Positions 49,945 through 58,525 of a stretch of 64,000 nt of DNA are shown in pieces. The first letter of the stretch is position 1. Each line of letters starts with the position of its first letter. The stretch lies in contig OY760175.1 of NCBI GenBank assembly GCA_963663165.1, positions 4,096,001 to 4,160,000 of the forward strand, written 5' to 3'. The position numbers and the translations under genes are program-made. The notes beneath the pieces are model-generated. The model had not been told where the DNA came from. It did no database searches and was given only the letters and a program-made list of their open reading frames with translations. Origin of the DNA: an uncultured Desulfospira sp. (GTDB lineage Bacteria > Desulfobacterota > Desulfobacteria > Desulfobacterales > Desulfobacteraceae).

Positions 49945-50967
49945 TCAGGCCCTGAAATCAAGCCCCATCTCAATTCGTTCCAGGACTTTGGGTTTGTCTT
50001 CGGGGAACTGGTATCCTTCGTAATCGTGGCTAAAGACCAGGCTGCCGTCCGGGGTCCGCCAGTGGTTTCCGGCATGGTCAAAGCAGACCCGGGAGGTGAC
50101 ATCAAGGGCGGTGACCATTTCTTTGATTTCTAAAAGCTGCTCCCGGTTGGAAAGAAGTTTAAGCTGCCCTTTTTTGACGGTTTCCTGAACCGGGGTGCCG
50201 GCAATGACCCGGAAAGGCCGGGACCTGATGTAATGGGGGTTGATCTGGTTTAACACCGCTGCCGTGTTCCGGGCATGGCCGTGGGTTTTCTCTTTTCCCC
50301 CAAGGCCCGGCATCCAGTATTCCGAGATCTGGAATCCCGCCGCCATAGCCTTTTGGCCTCCCTCAATGAGCCCCCGGGGGGTTACCCCCTTTTTGACTTG
50401 CTTGAGCAGGTCCGGGTCTCCGGTTTCAAGCCCTAAATGGAGCCGGTCAAGGCCGGCCTTCCGGATCTGGATCAGGTGGTCAAGACTGCGTTGAACCAGG
50501 GTCCTGGACCGGGCATAGGAGGTGATCCGCGTAATGGAGCCAAAGGTGGTTTTTAAATATGACAAGGCCCCGGCCAGGTCATCGGGCTTCATGATCAAAG
50601 AGTTGGCATCCTGGATAAAGGCCGTGGTTCCGCCGGCCATAAGCCAGTGAACCAGCATGGCAAATCCATGGTGGTATTCCAGTTCCGGCGCCTGTCTCAT
50701 GAGGCTGATGATCCCCTCCCGGCAAAGGGTGCCGGGGCTGCCCGCCGTTTCTGATGCGGCAAAAAGGTCTTTGGCAAGCCGTGCCATGGCATCAATATCG
50801 GCCTGGATTTCGCCCAGTGTCCGGACCTCAAATTTAACGGTTTTGTACATGGCGCAGAAGGTGCAGTGGTTCCAGGGGCAGTTCCGGGTAAACCGGACCA
50901 GAAGAGAATCGCTTCCCCCTTCGCTGGGGGGCCGGTATATGCCGGTTTCAAACGGGTATGGATTCAT
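49945..50967 (-). CDS. Radical SAM protein
   Basis: YRPPSE; CPWNHCTFC; GLETG. Confidence 0.88.
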   Translation of the reverse strand: MNPYPFETGIYRPPSEGGSDSLLVRFTRNCPWNHCTFCAMYKTVKFEVRTLGEIQADIDAMARLAKDLFAASETAGSPGTLCREGIISLMRQAPELEYHHGFAMLVHWLMAGGTTAFIQDANSLIMKPDDLAGALSYLKTTFGSITRITSYARSRTLVQRSLDHLIQIRKAGLDRLHLGLETGDPDLLKQVKKGVTPRGLIEGGQKAMAAGFQISEYWMPGLGGKEKTHGHARNTAAVLNQINPHYIRSRPFRVIAGTPVQETVKKGQLKLLSNREQLLEIKEMVTALDVTSRVCFDHAGNHWRTPDGSLVFSHDYEGYQFPEDKPKVLERIEMGLDFRA

Positions 50968-52013
50968 GGTTTTTTTCCTAACTGGCCGCATCCGGCCGAT
51001 ACGGACCGGCCCTTGCTCCATCGTTTAATGACAAAAATTTTAAGGTCCGTAAGCTGTTGCGCAAAATCGTGCATGCCGGCGTCACAGGGCGGGGCCCCAT
51101 CAAATCCAGCCACCGGGTTAAAGGGGATCAGGTTGAGCCGGACCGGCAGCGGATGAATAAACTCGGCCAGCTGTTGGGCATGTTCCCGGGAGTCGTTCAC
51201 CCCCCGGATCAGGATGTATTCAAATAAAAAGGTTCCCCGCTCGGGCAAAGGGAATTTCAACAGGGATGATTTCAAAACACTTAAAGGGTATTTCAGATTT
51301 ACGGGCATCAGTTGGGACCGGACATCATCCGTGGCCCCGTTAATGGACACGGCAAGCCTTAAGTTTTTCATGTCCATCCGGGAAAGCTTTTCGATGCCCG
51401 GGACAAGGCCTGCGGTGGACACCGTGATATGGCGTCGGGCAATATCAAACCCGCGCTGTTCGCTCATGACGCCAATGGCGTCCATGACGGCATCAAAATT
51501 GTCCAGGGGCTCTCCCATGCCCATGAACACGATGTTTTTAATCTCTTTGTTTAACACATGCCGGGCATTATAAAGCTGTCCTGTGATTTCGGAAACCGAA
51601 AGATTGCGTTTAAGGCCCATCTTCCCGGTCTGGCAGAACCGGCACCCCATGCGGCAGCCCACCTGGCTGGACACGCAAAGGGTATGGTACCGGGTCATGG
51701 GAATGATAACCGACTCAATCTTAAGGCCGTCAGACAGTTCCGTGATAAATTTGGTGAGGCTGTCTTCCTTAAAGGTATCCGTCACCTTTCCCGGATCAAA
51801 ACAGATGTTTTCTTTAAGGGCCGCGCTGAATTTGGGTGAGGCCTTAAATTCCGGGGCATTCAAAAAATCGGGGTTCCCGTACCGGAAAACTTCCCTGAAC
51901 AGGGCATGGGCATGATACGCCCCTTTGCCGAATTCAGACTCAAAGTATTGAATCAGCCGGTCTAAGGGGGTGCCCAGGACATCTACGGGCGCTTTTCTTA
52001 ATGCATCATTCAT
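50964..52013 (-). CDS. rlmN: 23S rRNA (A2503-C2)/tRNA methyltransferase RlmN family
   Basis: CVSSQVGCRMGCRFC, MGMGEP, LIPFN, GCGQL. Confidence 0.88.
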   Translation of the reverse strand: MNDALRKAPVDVLGTPLDRLIQYFESEFGKGAYHAHALFREVFRYGNPDFLNAPEFKASPKFSAALKENICFDPGKVTDTFKEDSLTKFITELSDGLKIESVIIPMTRYHTLCVSSQVGCRMGCRFCQTGKMGLKRNLSVSEITGQLYNARHVLNKEIKNIVFMGMGEPLDNFDAVMDAIGVMSEQRGFDIARRHITVSTAGLVPGIEKLSRMDMKNLRLAVSINGATDDVRSQLMPVNLKYPLSVLKSSLLKFPLPERGTFLFEYILIRGVNDSREHAQQLAEFIHPLPVRLNLIPFNPVAGFDGAPPCDAGMHDFAQQLTDLKIFVIKRWSKGRSVSAGCGQLGKKP

Positions 52014-54801
52014 TGTCCAGAATCTTACGGATAATGACGGCAAAGTCCTTTAGTTTGACCGGTTTCATGACAAAGGCCCTGACGGCCTGGTCTTTATCCC
52101 TGTCAAGGCCGGCCCCCTCACTGTATCCCGTACACAGGATCACCGGGATATCCGGCCTGATCCGGACCAGCTCCCTGGCCAGAACATCGCCGGTCATACC
52201 GGGCATGCTGTAATCGGTCACCACCATGTCAAATCGTTTGGGCGACCCTTTAAAGGTTTCAATGGCTTCCCCGGCAGAGGCCCTGGCCGTGACCTGGTAT
52301 CCCAAAAGCTCAAGGATCTGCCGTTCCACAAAAAGCACATTGGGCTGGTCATCCACCAGAAGGATCTGTTCATTTCCCTTCTTGATTTTAATGGGCCGGG
52401 TGGTGGGGGCTTCCCCGGGACTTGGCTTGACCACCGGGAAATATACCTTAAAGGTTGTCCCGATTTCCGGCCGGCTTTCCACCCGGATATCCCCGCCGTG
52501 GTGCTGGACAATACCCTTGATGACCGCCAGGCCAAGGCCGGTATTTTTTCCCCGGGTCTTGGTGGTGAAGTAAGGGTCAAATATTTTTTCCATGACATGG
52601 CCGTCCATGCCCACCCCGGTATCAGATACAGAATAACACAGATAGGTGCCCGGTTTAAGGTCCTTGTTTTCCGGCCCGGGGTCTTCCGTAATATTCACCT
52701 GTTTAAGGCTGATCCCTAAGGTGCCGCCGGTCTCTTCCATGGCCTGGAAGGCATTGGTCATCAGGTTTAAGGCCACCTGGTGAATCTGGGTGGCGTCGGC
52801 CAGGATCGGACCGCATGCCATATCAATATCCTGCCGGATCACAATGGACGGGGGCAGGGAGACTTTTATGAGATGGCAGGCCTCAAGGACAATATCCTGG
52901 ATCTTTAACGGCTTGAACTGCCCGGATTCCTGGAAGCTGAAGGTTAAAATCTGGCGGACCAGGTCACTGGCCCGGTCCCCTGCGGCGGTAATGGATTCCA
53001 GATATTTCAGCCCTTCTTTGTTCAGGCCGCCGGATTCCCTGAGCAGATCGGTATAGCCCACCATGCTGGATAAAATATTGTTAAAATCATGGGCGATCCC
53101 CCCGGCCAGGGTCCCGATGGATTCCATTTTCTGGGCATGCTGCAGCTGTTCCAGAATGTCCATTTTTTCCTGCTCCAGGGCTTTTCTGGCCGAAATGTCC
53201 CGGATAACCGAGATCAGATAGGGTTTGTCCTCAACCTGAATGTCGACCATGGACAGTTCTGCGGCAATGGTCTCTCCGTCCTTGCGGATAATGTTCAATT
53301 CAATATTTTCGCCCGGTATTTCCCGTTTTTTAAAGAGGGCATACAAGCTGGAATGATCCGAGTCCTGGTGTTTCCGGAACGGGACAAGGTCAAAAATATT
53401 CTTCTGGGCCACTTCACGGGCATCATATCCAAAAAGCTGCTGGGCCGCCGCATTCCAATAATAAACCTTTTCATCATCCCCCACCATGACAATGGCTTCT
53501 CTGGCCGTGTCGGTAATGGCTCTGTTGAACCGTTCTTTTTGTTCCAGCTCCTGTTTAAATGCGATGATGGACTGCTTCATCTCATAAAAGGTGTCTGCCG
53601 TTCTCTGGATCTGGTGAAAGGCGGACCGGATCCGTGGCAGGGAAGCATAATCATGGTTTTTAATCTTTTCAGCTTCCTCGTGAAGTTGGGAAATGGGCCG
53701 GATAAATTTTCCGGCCATGAACAGCCCTAAGATTGTGGCCAGGATGGAAAAGGACAGGGTCAGAAAAAGGGTCAGGTGCTGGTTGGCAATAATTTCACTG
53801 AAATAGTCCTTTTTGGGGATATAAACCCCGATGAGCCAGGAGATTCTTTTCTCGTGAACCGGGGCAAACATGGTGAAATAGGTCTGATTTTCAAACTCAA
53901 AGCTTGCAAAGACCACCTGCCCTTTACCATGGCCGCCCGTTTGCTGCAGCTCCGATTTCACGGCCTCATAGGCCATGGAACATAATTTGTTGTCCAGTTC
54001 CGTTACTTTGGGCAGCCGGATTTTTTCATCCGGCTTTTCATACTTGAGCTGTTCAAGGTCGGGATAGGCAATGACATCCCGGTTCTGGTTGACCATAAAG
54101 GCAAGGCCGGTTTTTCCCACCCGGAGCTTTCCGATAAAGTTGGAAAGGGCATCCAGCTCAATATCAACCCCCACCACACCGGCAAGGCTGCCGTCTGGTG
54201 CGGTGATGGGCCCGGCCGCCGTAATCCCCGGCTTATGGGAGGTAAAAAAAACATAGGGATCTGTCCAGATGATCTCGTTCTGCCGGACCGCTTTGATATA
54301 CCAGGGCCGGACCCGGGGATCGTAGGCATCTTCAGGGGTCGTCCACTGTTTTAAAAGGGTCATGTCCCTGTCCCGCCGGGTCAGGTTTACGGTTCTTTTA
54401 GGGCCGGTGCAGTCTATGATTTTGGTTTTGTAACCATCCCCGTCACGGTGGACAAAATAAAAACTGCCGTCGGGCCTGGCAAAATAGATCCCGGAAAACT
54501 GGGGATAAATTTCAAGCTGTTCAATAAAATAACGCTCCAGGCTTTCCCGGCCCTGGGTCTCTATATTGATGACCGAAGAGGAAATCAGCCGTTTGGTCAG
54601 GTTGGCGGCTCCGCCGGCAATGGACAGAAAGTTAAGGGTCTCTTCCAGGGTCAGGTCACAGATGTTCTCCATGATATCCCGGGTATGCCGGAGCATGACT
54701 TTCCGGTTGGAGAAATAAGATATGGGCGTCACCAGGAGCTGGGTGGCCCATACCAGCCCAAGACAACTCAAGATCACCGCCCAGCGTATGGATATTTTCA
54801 A
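52006..54801 (-). CDS. Hybrid sensor histidine kinase (Cache, HAMP-like, PAS, HisKA, HATPase, REC)
   Basis: YDPRVRPWY, AHDFNNIL, DTGVGM, TGLGL, LLVDD...TDYSMP. Confidence 0.92.
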   Translation of the reverse strand: MKISIRWAVILSCLGLVWATQLLVTPISYFSNRKVMLRHTRDIMENICDLTLEETLNFLSIAGGAANLTKRLISSSVINIETQGRESLERYFIEQLEIYPQFSGIYFARPDGSFYFVHRDGDGYKTKIIDCTGPKRTVNLTRRDRDMTLLKQWTTPEDAYDPRVRPWYIKAVRQNEIIWTDPYVFFTSHKPGITAAGPITAPDGSLAGVVGVDIELDALSNFIGKLRVGKTGLAFMVNQNRDVIAYPDLEQLKYEKPDEKIRLPKVTELDNKLCSMAYEAVKSELQQTGGHGKGQVVFASFEFENQTYFTMFAPVHEKRISWLIGVYIPKKDYFSEIIANQHLTLFLTLSFSILATILGLFMAGKFIRPISQLHEEAEKIKNHDYASLPRIRSAFHQIQRTADTFYEMKQSIIAFKQELEQKERFNRAITDTAREAIVMVGDDEKVYYWNAAAQQLFGYDAREVAQKNIFDLVPFRKHQDSDHSSLYALFKKREIPGENIELNIIRKDGETIAAELSMVDIQVEDKPYLISVIRDISARKALEQEKMDILEQLQHAQKMESIGTLAGGIAHDFNNILSSMVGYTDLLRESGGLNKEGLKYLESITAAGDRASDLVRQILTFSFQESGQFKPLKIQDIVLEACHLIKVSLPPSIVIRQDIDMACGPILADATQIHQVALNLMTNAFQAMEETGGTLGISLKQVNITEDPGPENKDLKPGTYLCYSVSDTGVGMDGHVMEKIFDPYFTTKTRGKNTGLGLAVIKGIVQHHGGDIRVESRPEIGTTFKVYFPVVKPSPGEAPTTRPIKIKKGNEQILLVDDQPNVLFVERQILELLGYQVTARASAGEAIETFKGSPKRFDMVVTDYSMPGMTGDVLARELVRIRPDIPVILCTGYSEGAGLDRDKDQAVRAFVMKPVKLKDFAVIIRKILDNE

Positions 54802-54859
54802 AACACCTCCGGTTCATTGGCAATTGAGCCCAATCTATAGCGGTCCTGAAGGGCTATTG

Positions 54860-56419
54860 TCAAGGATCAGGAAATGCTAAATTTTCAATGAACCGTTCCT
54901 GAAAGGCAAGGTTGGTTTCAAGACTGACGATTTCGAGCTGGTCCGCCATTTTCCGGGCATCATCAACATAGGCGTTGTCACACAGGACCATCACGGCACC
55001 GGAGCCTGCGGCATTGCCCAGGGTAATGATTTTTTCTTCATCCATATCCGGTAAAAGCCCTAAGCGGATCAGGTCCTTTTTGTTCAGGTGGGTCCCAAAG
55101 GCACCGGCAATTAAAATGGATTCAGGGGTCTTGAATCCGGCTTTTTCACAGAGGAACTCTATGCCCGAAATCAGGGCGGATTTGCCCAACTGGACAGACC
55201 GGATGTCTTTCTGGCTGATGATAACGCCCGGCCGGCCCGCTGCCGGGTCTTTGGGCACAAGGGTGTATTCTGTTTCCTCATCGGCAAACCGGCCGCTGGG
55301 ATCAATGATTCCGTGGTCGCACATCTGGGCAATGGCATTGAGGACGCCTGAGCCGCAGATTCCGGCCGGCGGGACAGCCGGGCCGGATTCGGCCTGGATC
55401 AGGGTCAGGTTTTCGATCTGGCTGTTTTGGCCCAGGGTCACCGAGTTGATGGCGCCCGGAATAGCCTGCATGCCGCAGTCAAGGGTGGCCCCCTCAAATG
55501 CCGGTCCTGTGGCGCATGAGGTGGCAAAAAACCGGTCTTTTCCTTTAATTATCAGCTCGCCGTTGGTGCCAAGGTCCACCAGCAGGGTGCCGGCCGGCAG
55601 GGTTTCAAGGTCTGCGGCAATGGCCGCAGCCAGGATATCCCCGCCGATAAATCCCGACACCTGGGGCAGGGTCTGAACCGGGCAGAGAATGGATTTGAAC
55701 CCAAGGTCCTTGGCGTCAAATTCCATGGCCTGGTGAAAGGCGGGCTGGTACGGGGCCACCCCGATGGGTTGCGGATCAACCCCGGCCAGGATGTGGATCA
55801 TGGTCGGATTGCCCACAACCGCCATCCGGTCAATGGAAACCGATGCATCGTTCATGGCGGCTGTCAGCTGGGCTACGCCCCATTCAATGCTTTTAACCAC
55901 CAGGGCCTGAAGGTTTTCAAGGTTTTTGGGGTCCTGGCCGATGACGCCGATCCGGTTCATGACATCATCCCCGTAAATGGCCTGGGGATTTTTCACGGCC
56001 AGAGATCCAATGACCTCGCCTTTTAAGGTATTGCAAAGGTACACCGCGATGGTGGTGGTGCCCAGGTCCACCGCCACCCCATAGGTGTCCGGGCCATGGG
56101 CATCGACAAACCGGCCGGTAAATCCTTTGGGGAAAAAAATGGGGGCCTTGCTCATGATGTGGGAGGAGAGCATGGACGTCTCGGGAATGCGGATACTGAT
56201 GTCGCCTTCCACCCGGAAAGTGCAGGAATGAACGCTTTCAAATTGGTCCCCGGACGTGGAAAGGTCGACCCGGCACTTGCCGCACCGCCCCTTTGCCCCG
56301 CAGTCGGTTCTCAAAAAAATGCTGTGGTGAATCAACGCCTCTAAAAGGGTCTGGCCCTTTTCTGCGTGAAGTTGTCTTTTGTGGGGAAGAATGGTGATAA
56401 CTGCCTGGTTGCTGCCCAT
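54860..56419 (-). CDS. 2Fe-2S + ASKHA/DUF4445 (RACo-like) protein
   Basis: CGAKGRCGKC; DLGTT; DLGTNGE; TGPAFEG; GICGSG. Confidence 0.88.
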   Translation of the reverse strand: MGSNQAVITILPHKRQLHAEKGQTLLEALIHHSIFLRTDCGAKGRCGKCRVDLSTSGDQFESVHSCTFRVEGDISIRIPETSMLSSHIMSKAPIFFPKGFTGRFVDAHGPDTYGVAVDLGTTTIAVYLCNTLKGEVIGSLAVKNPQAIYGDDVMNRIGVIGQDPKNLENLQALVVKSIEWGVAQLTAAMNDASVSIDRMAVVGNPTMIHILAGVDPQPIGVAPYQPAFHQAMEFDAKDLGFKSILCPVQTLPQVSGFIGGDILAAAIAADLETLPAGTLLVDLGTNGELIIKGKDRFFATSCATGPAFEGATLDCGMQAIPGAINSVTLGQNSQIENLTLIQAESGPAVPPAGICGSGVLNAIAQMCDHGIIDPSGRFADEETEYTLVPKDPAAGRPGVIISQKDIRSVQLGKSALISGIEFLCEKAGFKTPESILIAGAFGTHLNKKDLIRLGLLPDMDEEKIITLGNAAGSGAVMVLCDNAYVDDARKMADQLEIVSLETNLAFQERFIENLAFPDP

Positions 56420-56533
56420 AATCGTTTCCTTAAGTCAAATCTGGTGGATTATAGGGACTTATCAACTGATCCGCAACAATTAACCAAATTATATGAGGTA
56501 TTCTTCCTTTAAGTCCGGAAAGAAAACGAGTAC

Positions 56534-56596
56534 GGGGTCAAACCTTGATTATAGCATTTTGAAACAATCAAAATGCTATAATCAAGGTTTGACCCC
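56534..56596. repeat. Perfect 29-bp inverted repeat with 5-nt loop (REP-like)
   Basis: GGGGTCAAACCTTGATTATAGCATTTTGA-AACAA-TCAAAATGCTATAATCAAGGTTTGACCCC. Confidence 0.95.
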
Positions 56597-56618
56597 CAAG
56601 GTTGTGGAAAAAAAGTGC

Positions 56619-56649
56619 TTGACCCGTCTACCGGTTTATACCTTAGAAC
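56619..56649 (+). promoter_or_regulatory. Putative MerR-type promoter (19-bp spacer with dyad)
   Basis: TTGACC-N19-TAGAAC with imperfect dyad GTCTA-CCGGTT-TATAC in the spacer. Confidence 0.45.
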
Positions 56650-56703
56650 GGTTCTTGTCATGGCCGTGGCGCAAAATTAAACCTGATAATAAAGGAGCAA
56701 ACC

Positions 56704-56889
56704 ATGCCCCATCAATTGACCAAAGAAAACTGGATTGATATGTTCAGGCAGATTGGCCTGACCGAGGATCAAATGAAGAAATGGCACCAGATTTTTGAAA
56801 AAAACCACCCTGAGGGACATGAGGCTTTTCTCTCATGGCTGAAGATTTCTCCCGAAGAGATCACCAGGATCCGGGATAACAGCAAATAA
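56704..56889 (+). CDS. 61-aa protein homologous to the C-terminal domain of the adjacent MerR
   Basis: RBS AAGGAG; KENW..M....G..E..M.KWH..FE...P..H..FL..L.I aligns with the MerR C-terminus. Confidence 0.8.
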   Translation: MPHQLTKENWIDMFRQIGLTEDQMKKWHQIFEKNHPEGHEAFLSWLKISPEEITRIRDNSK

Positions 56890-56892
56890 ACC

Positions 56893-56929
56893 AAAAAGTG
56901 GCGGCGGCCCCGGCGGCCGCCGTTTTTTT
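56893..56929 (+). terminator. Intrinsic terminator between the small gene and merR
   Basis: GGCGGCGGCC/GGCCGCCG stem followed by T7. Confidence 0.7.
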
Positions 56930-56934
56930 AAAAA

Positions 56935-57513
56935 ATGAAAACCTATTCCATTTCCCGGCTGGCCGGGTTGTTCGGCCTTTCACGAAGTACCCTGCTTTAC
57001 TATGACCGCATTGGCCTTTTAAGCCCCTCGGACAGGTCGGCAGCGGGTTACCGCATTTATACGCAGGAAGACCATGACAGGCTTGAGCGAATCTGCACCT
57101 TTCGCCATACAGGGGTGGCCCTGGCGGATATAAAAAAACTGCTGGCCTCAGGTAAGCCCCCAAGCGTAACGATACTTGAGAACCGGCTGCGGGAAATCGG
57201 GCAGCAGGTCTCAGACTTACGAAATCAGCAGCAGGCCATAATCCGTTTGCTCCAAGAAATGATCAGCAACGTTTACGGGCCTGTTATTGACAAGGAGATG
57301 TGGGTGAAAATGTTGGCGGCCGCAGGCATGGACGAGCCGGCCATGATGAAATGGCATGCGGAATTTGAATCCCGGTCTCCGGCGGCCCACCATGACTTTT
57401 TGCTGTCCCTGGGGATACCAAAGACTGAGGCACTGGAGATTCAAAACTGGTCGCGGCAGCTCATGGAAAAGGGCTTATCAACTGATCTGCAACAAATTAA
57501 CCCAGGTATATGA
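56935..57513 (+). CDS. MerR-family transcriptional regulator
   Basis: YSISRLA...SRSTLLYYDRIGLL.P..R...GYRIY. Confidence 0.92.
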   Translation: MKTYSISRLAGLFGLSRSTLLYYDRIGLLSPSDRSAAGYRIYTQEDHDRLERICTFRHTGVALADIKKLLASGKPPSVTILENRLREIGQQVSDLRNQQQAIIRLLQEMISNVYGPVIDKEMWVKMLAAAGMDEPAMMKWHAEFESRSPAAHHDFLLSLGIPKTEALEIQNWSRQLMEKGLSTDLQQINPGI

Positions 57514-57593
57514 GGTATTCTTCCTTTAAATCCGGAAAGAAAACGTGGTAATTTTATCCATAGGTTTCTAACCCTGTTTAACCCGCATATAAA

Positions 57594-57656
57594 CCTTAAA
57601 GACCTTAAGGTCATTAGCGTCCTTAACGCCCTTAAGGTCTTTAACGTCTTTAAGGA
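57594..57656 (+). repeat. Seven tandem 9-mers (C(C/T/A)TTA...) with a complementary block at 58218-58237
   Basis: CCTTAAAGA CCTTAAGGT CATTAGCGT CCTTAACGC CCTTAAGGT CTTTAACGT CTTTAAGGA. Confidence 0.9.
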
Positions 57657-57665
57657 GAGCCTCTC

Positions 57666-58223
57666 ATGAAGGAAGAACTCATCCCCAGAAAAGGCAACTA
57701 TAAAAAACTGATCAGCTATCAAAAAGCCGAGACAATTTATGATATAACCTTTTACTTTTGTAAAAAGTTTCTTCGGAGGGGGGATCGCACCATTGATCAG
57801 ATGGTACAGGCAGCCCGTTCGGGTAAACAAAATATTGCGGAGGGTTCTGCTGCTTCTGCCACATCCAGTGAGATGGAGATCAAACTTGTAAGTGTTGCCA
57901 AAGCCAGTCTGCAGGAACTGCTTATTGATTATGAAGACTACCTGCGGACACGTGAACACCGGCAGTGGGAGGCGGATTCCAGGGAATTGAACGTCATGCG
58001 GAAGCTGGGGCGTGAACACAACGATACGGCCTTTTTCATGGAGATGGTCAAAACCCGCCCACCGGAGACGATTGCCAATATGGCGATTGTACTGATTAAG
58101 CAAACGGATTACCTGCTTTTTAAGCAACTCAAGGCACTGGAAGAGGCTTTTCTGAAAGACGGTGGTATGCGGGAGAAAATGACCCGCATGAGAATAGCGG
58201 CTCGGAAAAGGAACCGGCCTTAA
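57666..58223 (+). CDS. Four-helix-bundle protein (23S rRNA IVP/Avd-like) with four-helix-bundle suffix domain
   Basis: L.SYQKA...DQMVQAARSGKQNIAEG...ASLQELL.DYED.L; C-terminal F..DGG.RE.M.R.R. Confidence 0.85.
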   Translation: MKEELIPRKGNYKKLISYQKAETIYDITFYFCKKFLRRGDRTIDQMVQAARSGKQNIAEGSAASATSSEMEIKLVSVAKASLQELLIDYEDYLRTREHRQWEADSRELNVMRKLGREHNDTAFFMEMVKTRPPETIANMAIVLIKQTDYLLFKQLKALEEAFLKDGGMREKMTRMRIAARKRNRP

Positions 58224-58236
58224 GGGCGTTAATGAC

Positions 58237-58303
58237 GTCTGCTGTGTTGCCGGAAAATTTGCATCTGGGCAGATTTTCGCCCAACCACGGGTTTTCGTTC
58301 AGA
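58237..58303. repeat. Internally deleted relative of the 28545-28692 element
   Basis: Shares TCTGCTG.GTTGC..GAAAA and TTGCATCTGGGCA..TTTTCGCCCAA.CAC.GG. Confidence 0.6.
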
Positions 58304-58386
58304 CTTTGGGTAAAGAAAAAACAACCTCCCGCCATTGAGCCGGCGATCAAAAAAGCCGGGGTAATCCTTTTTATCAAAAAAAACAT

Positions 58387-58448
58387 TTGACAAAATTATT
58401 TCATTAAATATAGATTGGTGAAAAAGTAGACTGAGCGCTCGATCGGTT
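58387..58448 (+). promoter_or_regulatory. Sigma-70-like promoter followed by a dyad operator
   Basis: TTGACA at 58387 with TATAGA/TAGATT 16-18 bp downstream; imperfect palindrome ACTGAGCGCTCGATCGGT (TetR-like) after it. Confidence 0.5.
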
Positions 58449-58525
58449 TTTCATTTTGACGGGCATTCACCGTTGAACCCTTGACTGGAAAATATCTTTA
58501 ACCATTTAAAAACAAGGAGGCCAGG

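Larger units (their letters stand above)
56458..57545 (+). repeat. ~71-bp imperfect direct repeats (56458-56528, 57474-57545) flanking a two-gene cassette
   Basis: CTTATCAACTGAT...TATATGAGGTATTCTTCCTTTAA.TCCGGAAAGAAAACG occurs twice, with about 5 substitutions and 1 indel. Confidence 0.9.

Noticed and set aside
57441..58127. 228-aa minus-strand ORF with LKTLKTLRAL periodicity
   Set aside because: Antisense to the four-helix-bundle gene; the periodicity comes from the 9-mer array.
57666..58223. Diversity-generating retroelement
   Set aside because: Avd-like fold only; no reverse transcriptase, and the 71-bp repeat differences are not restricted to adenines of one copy.
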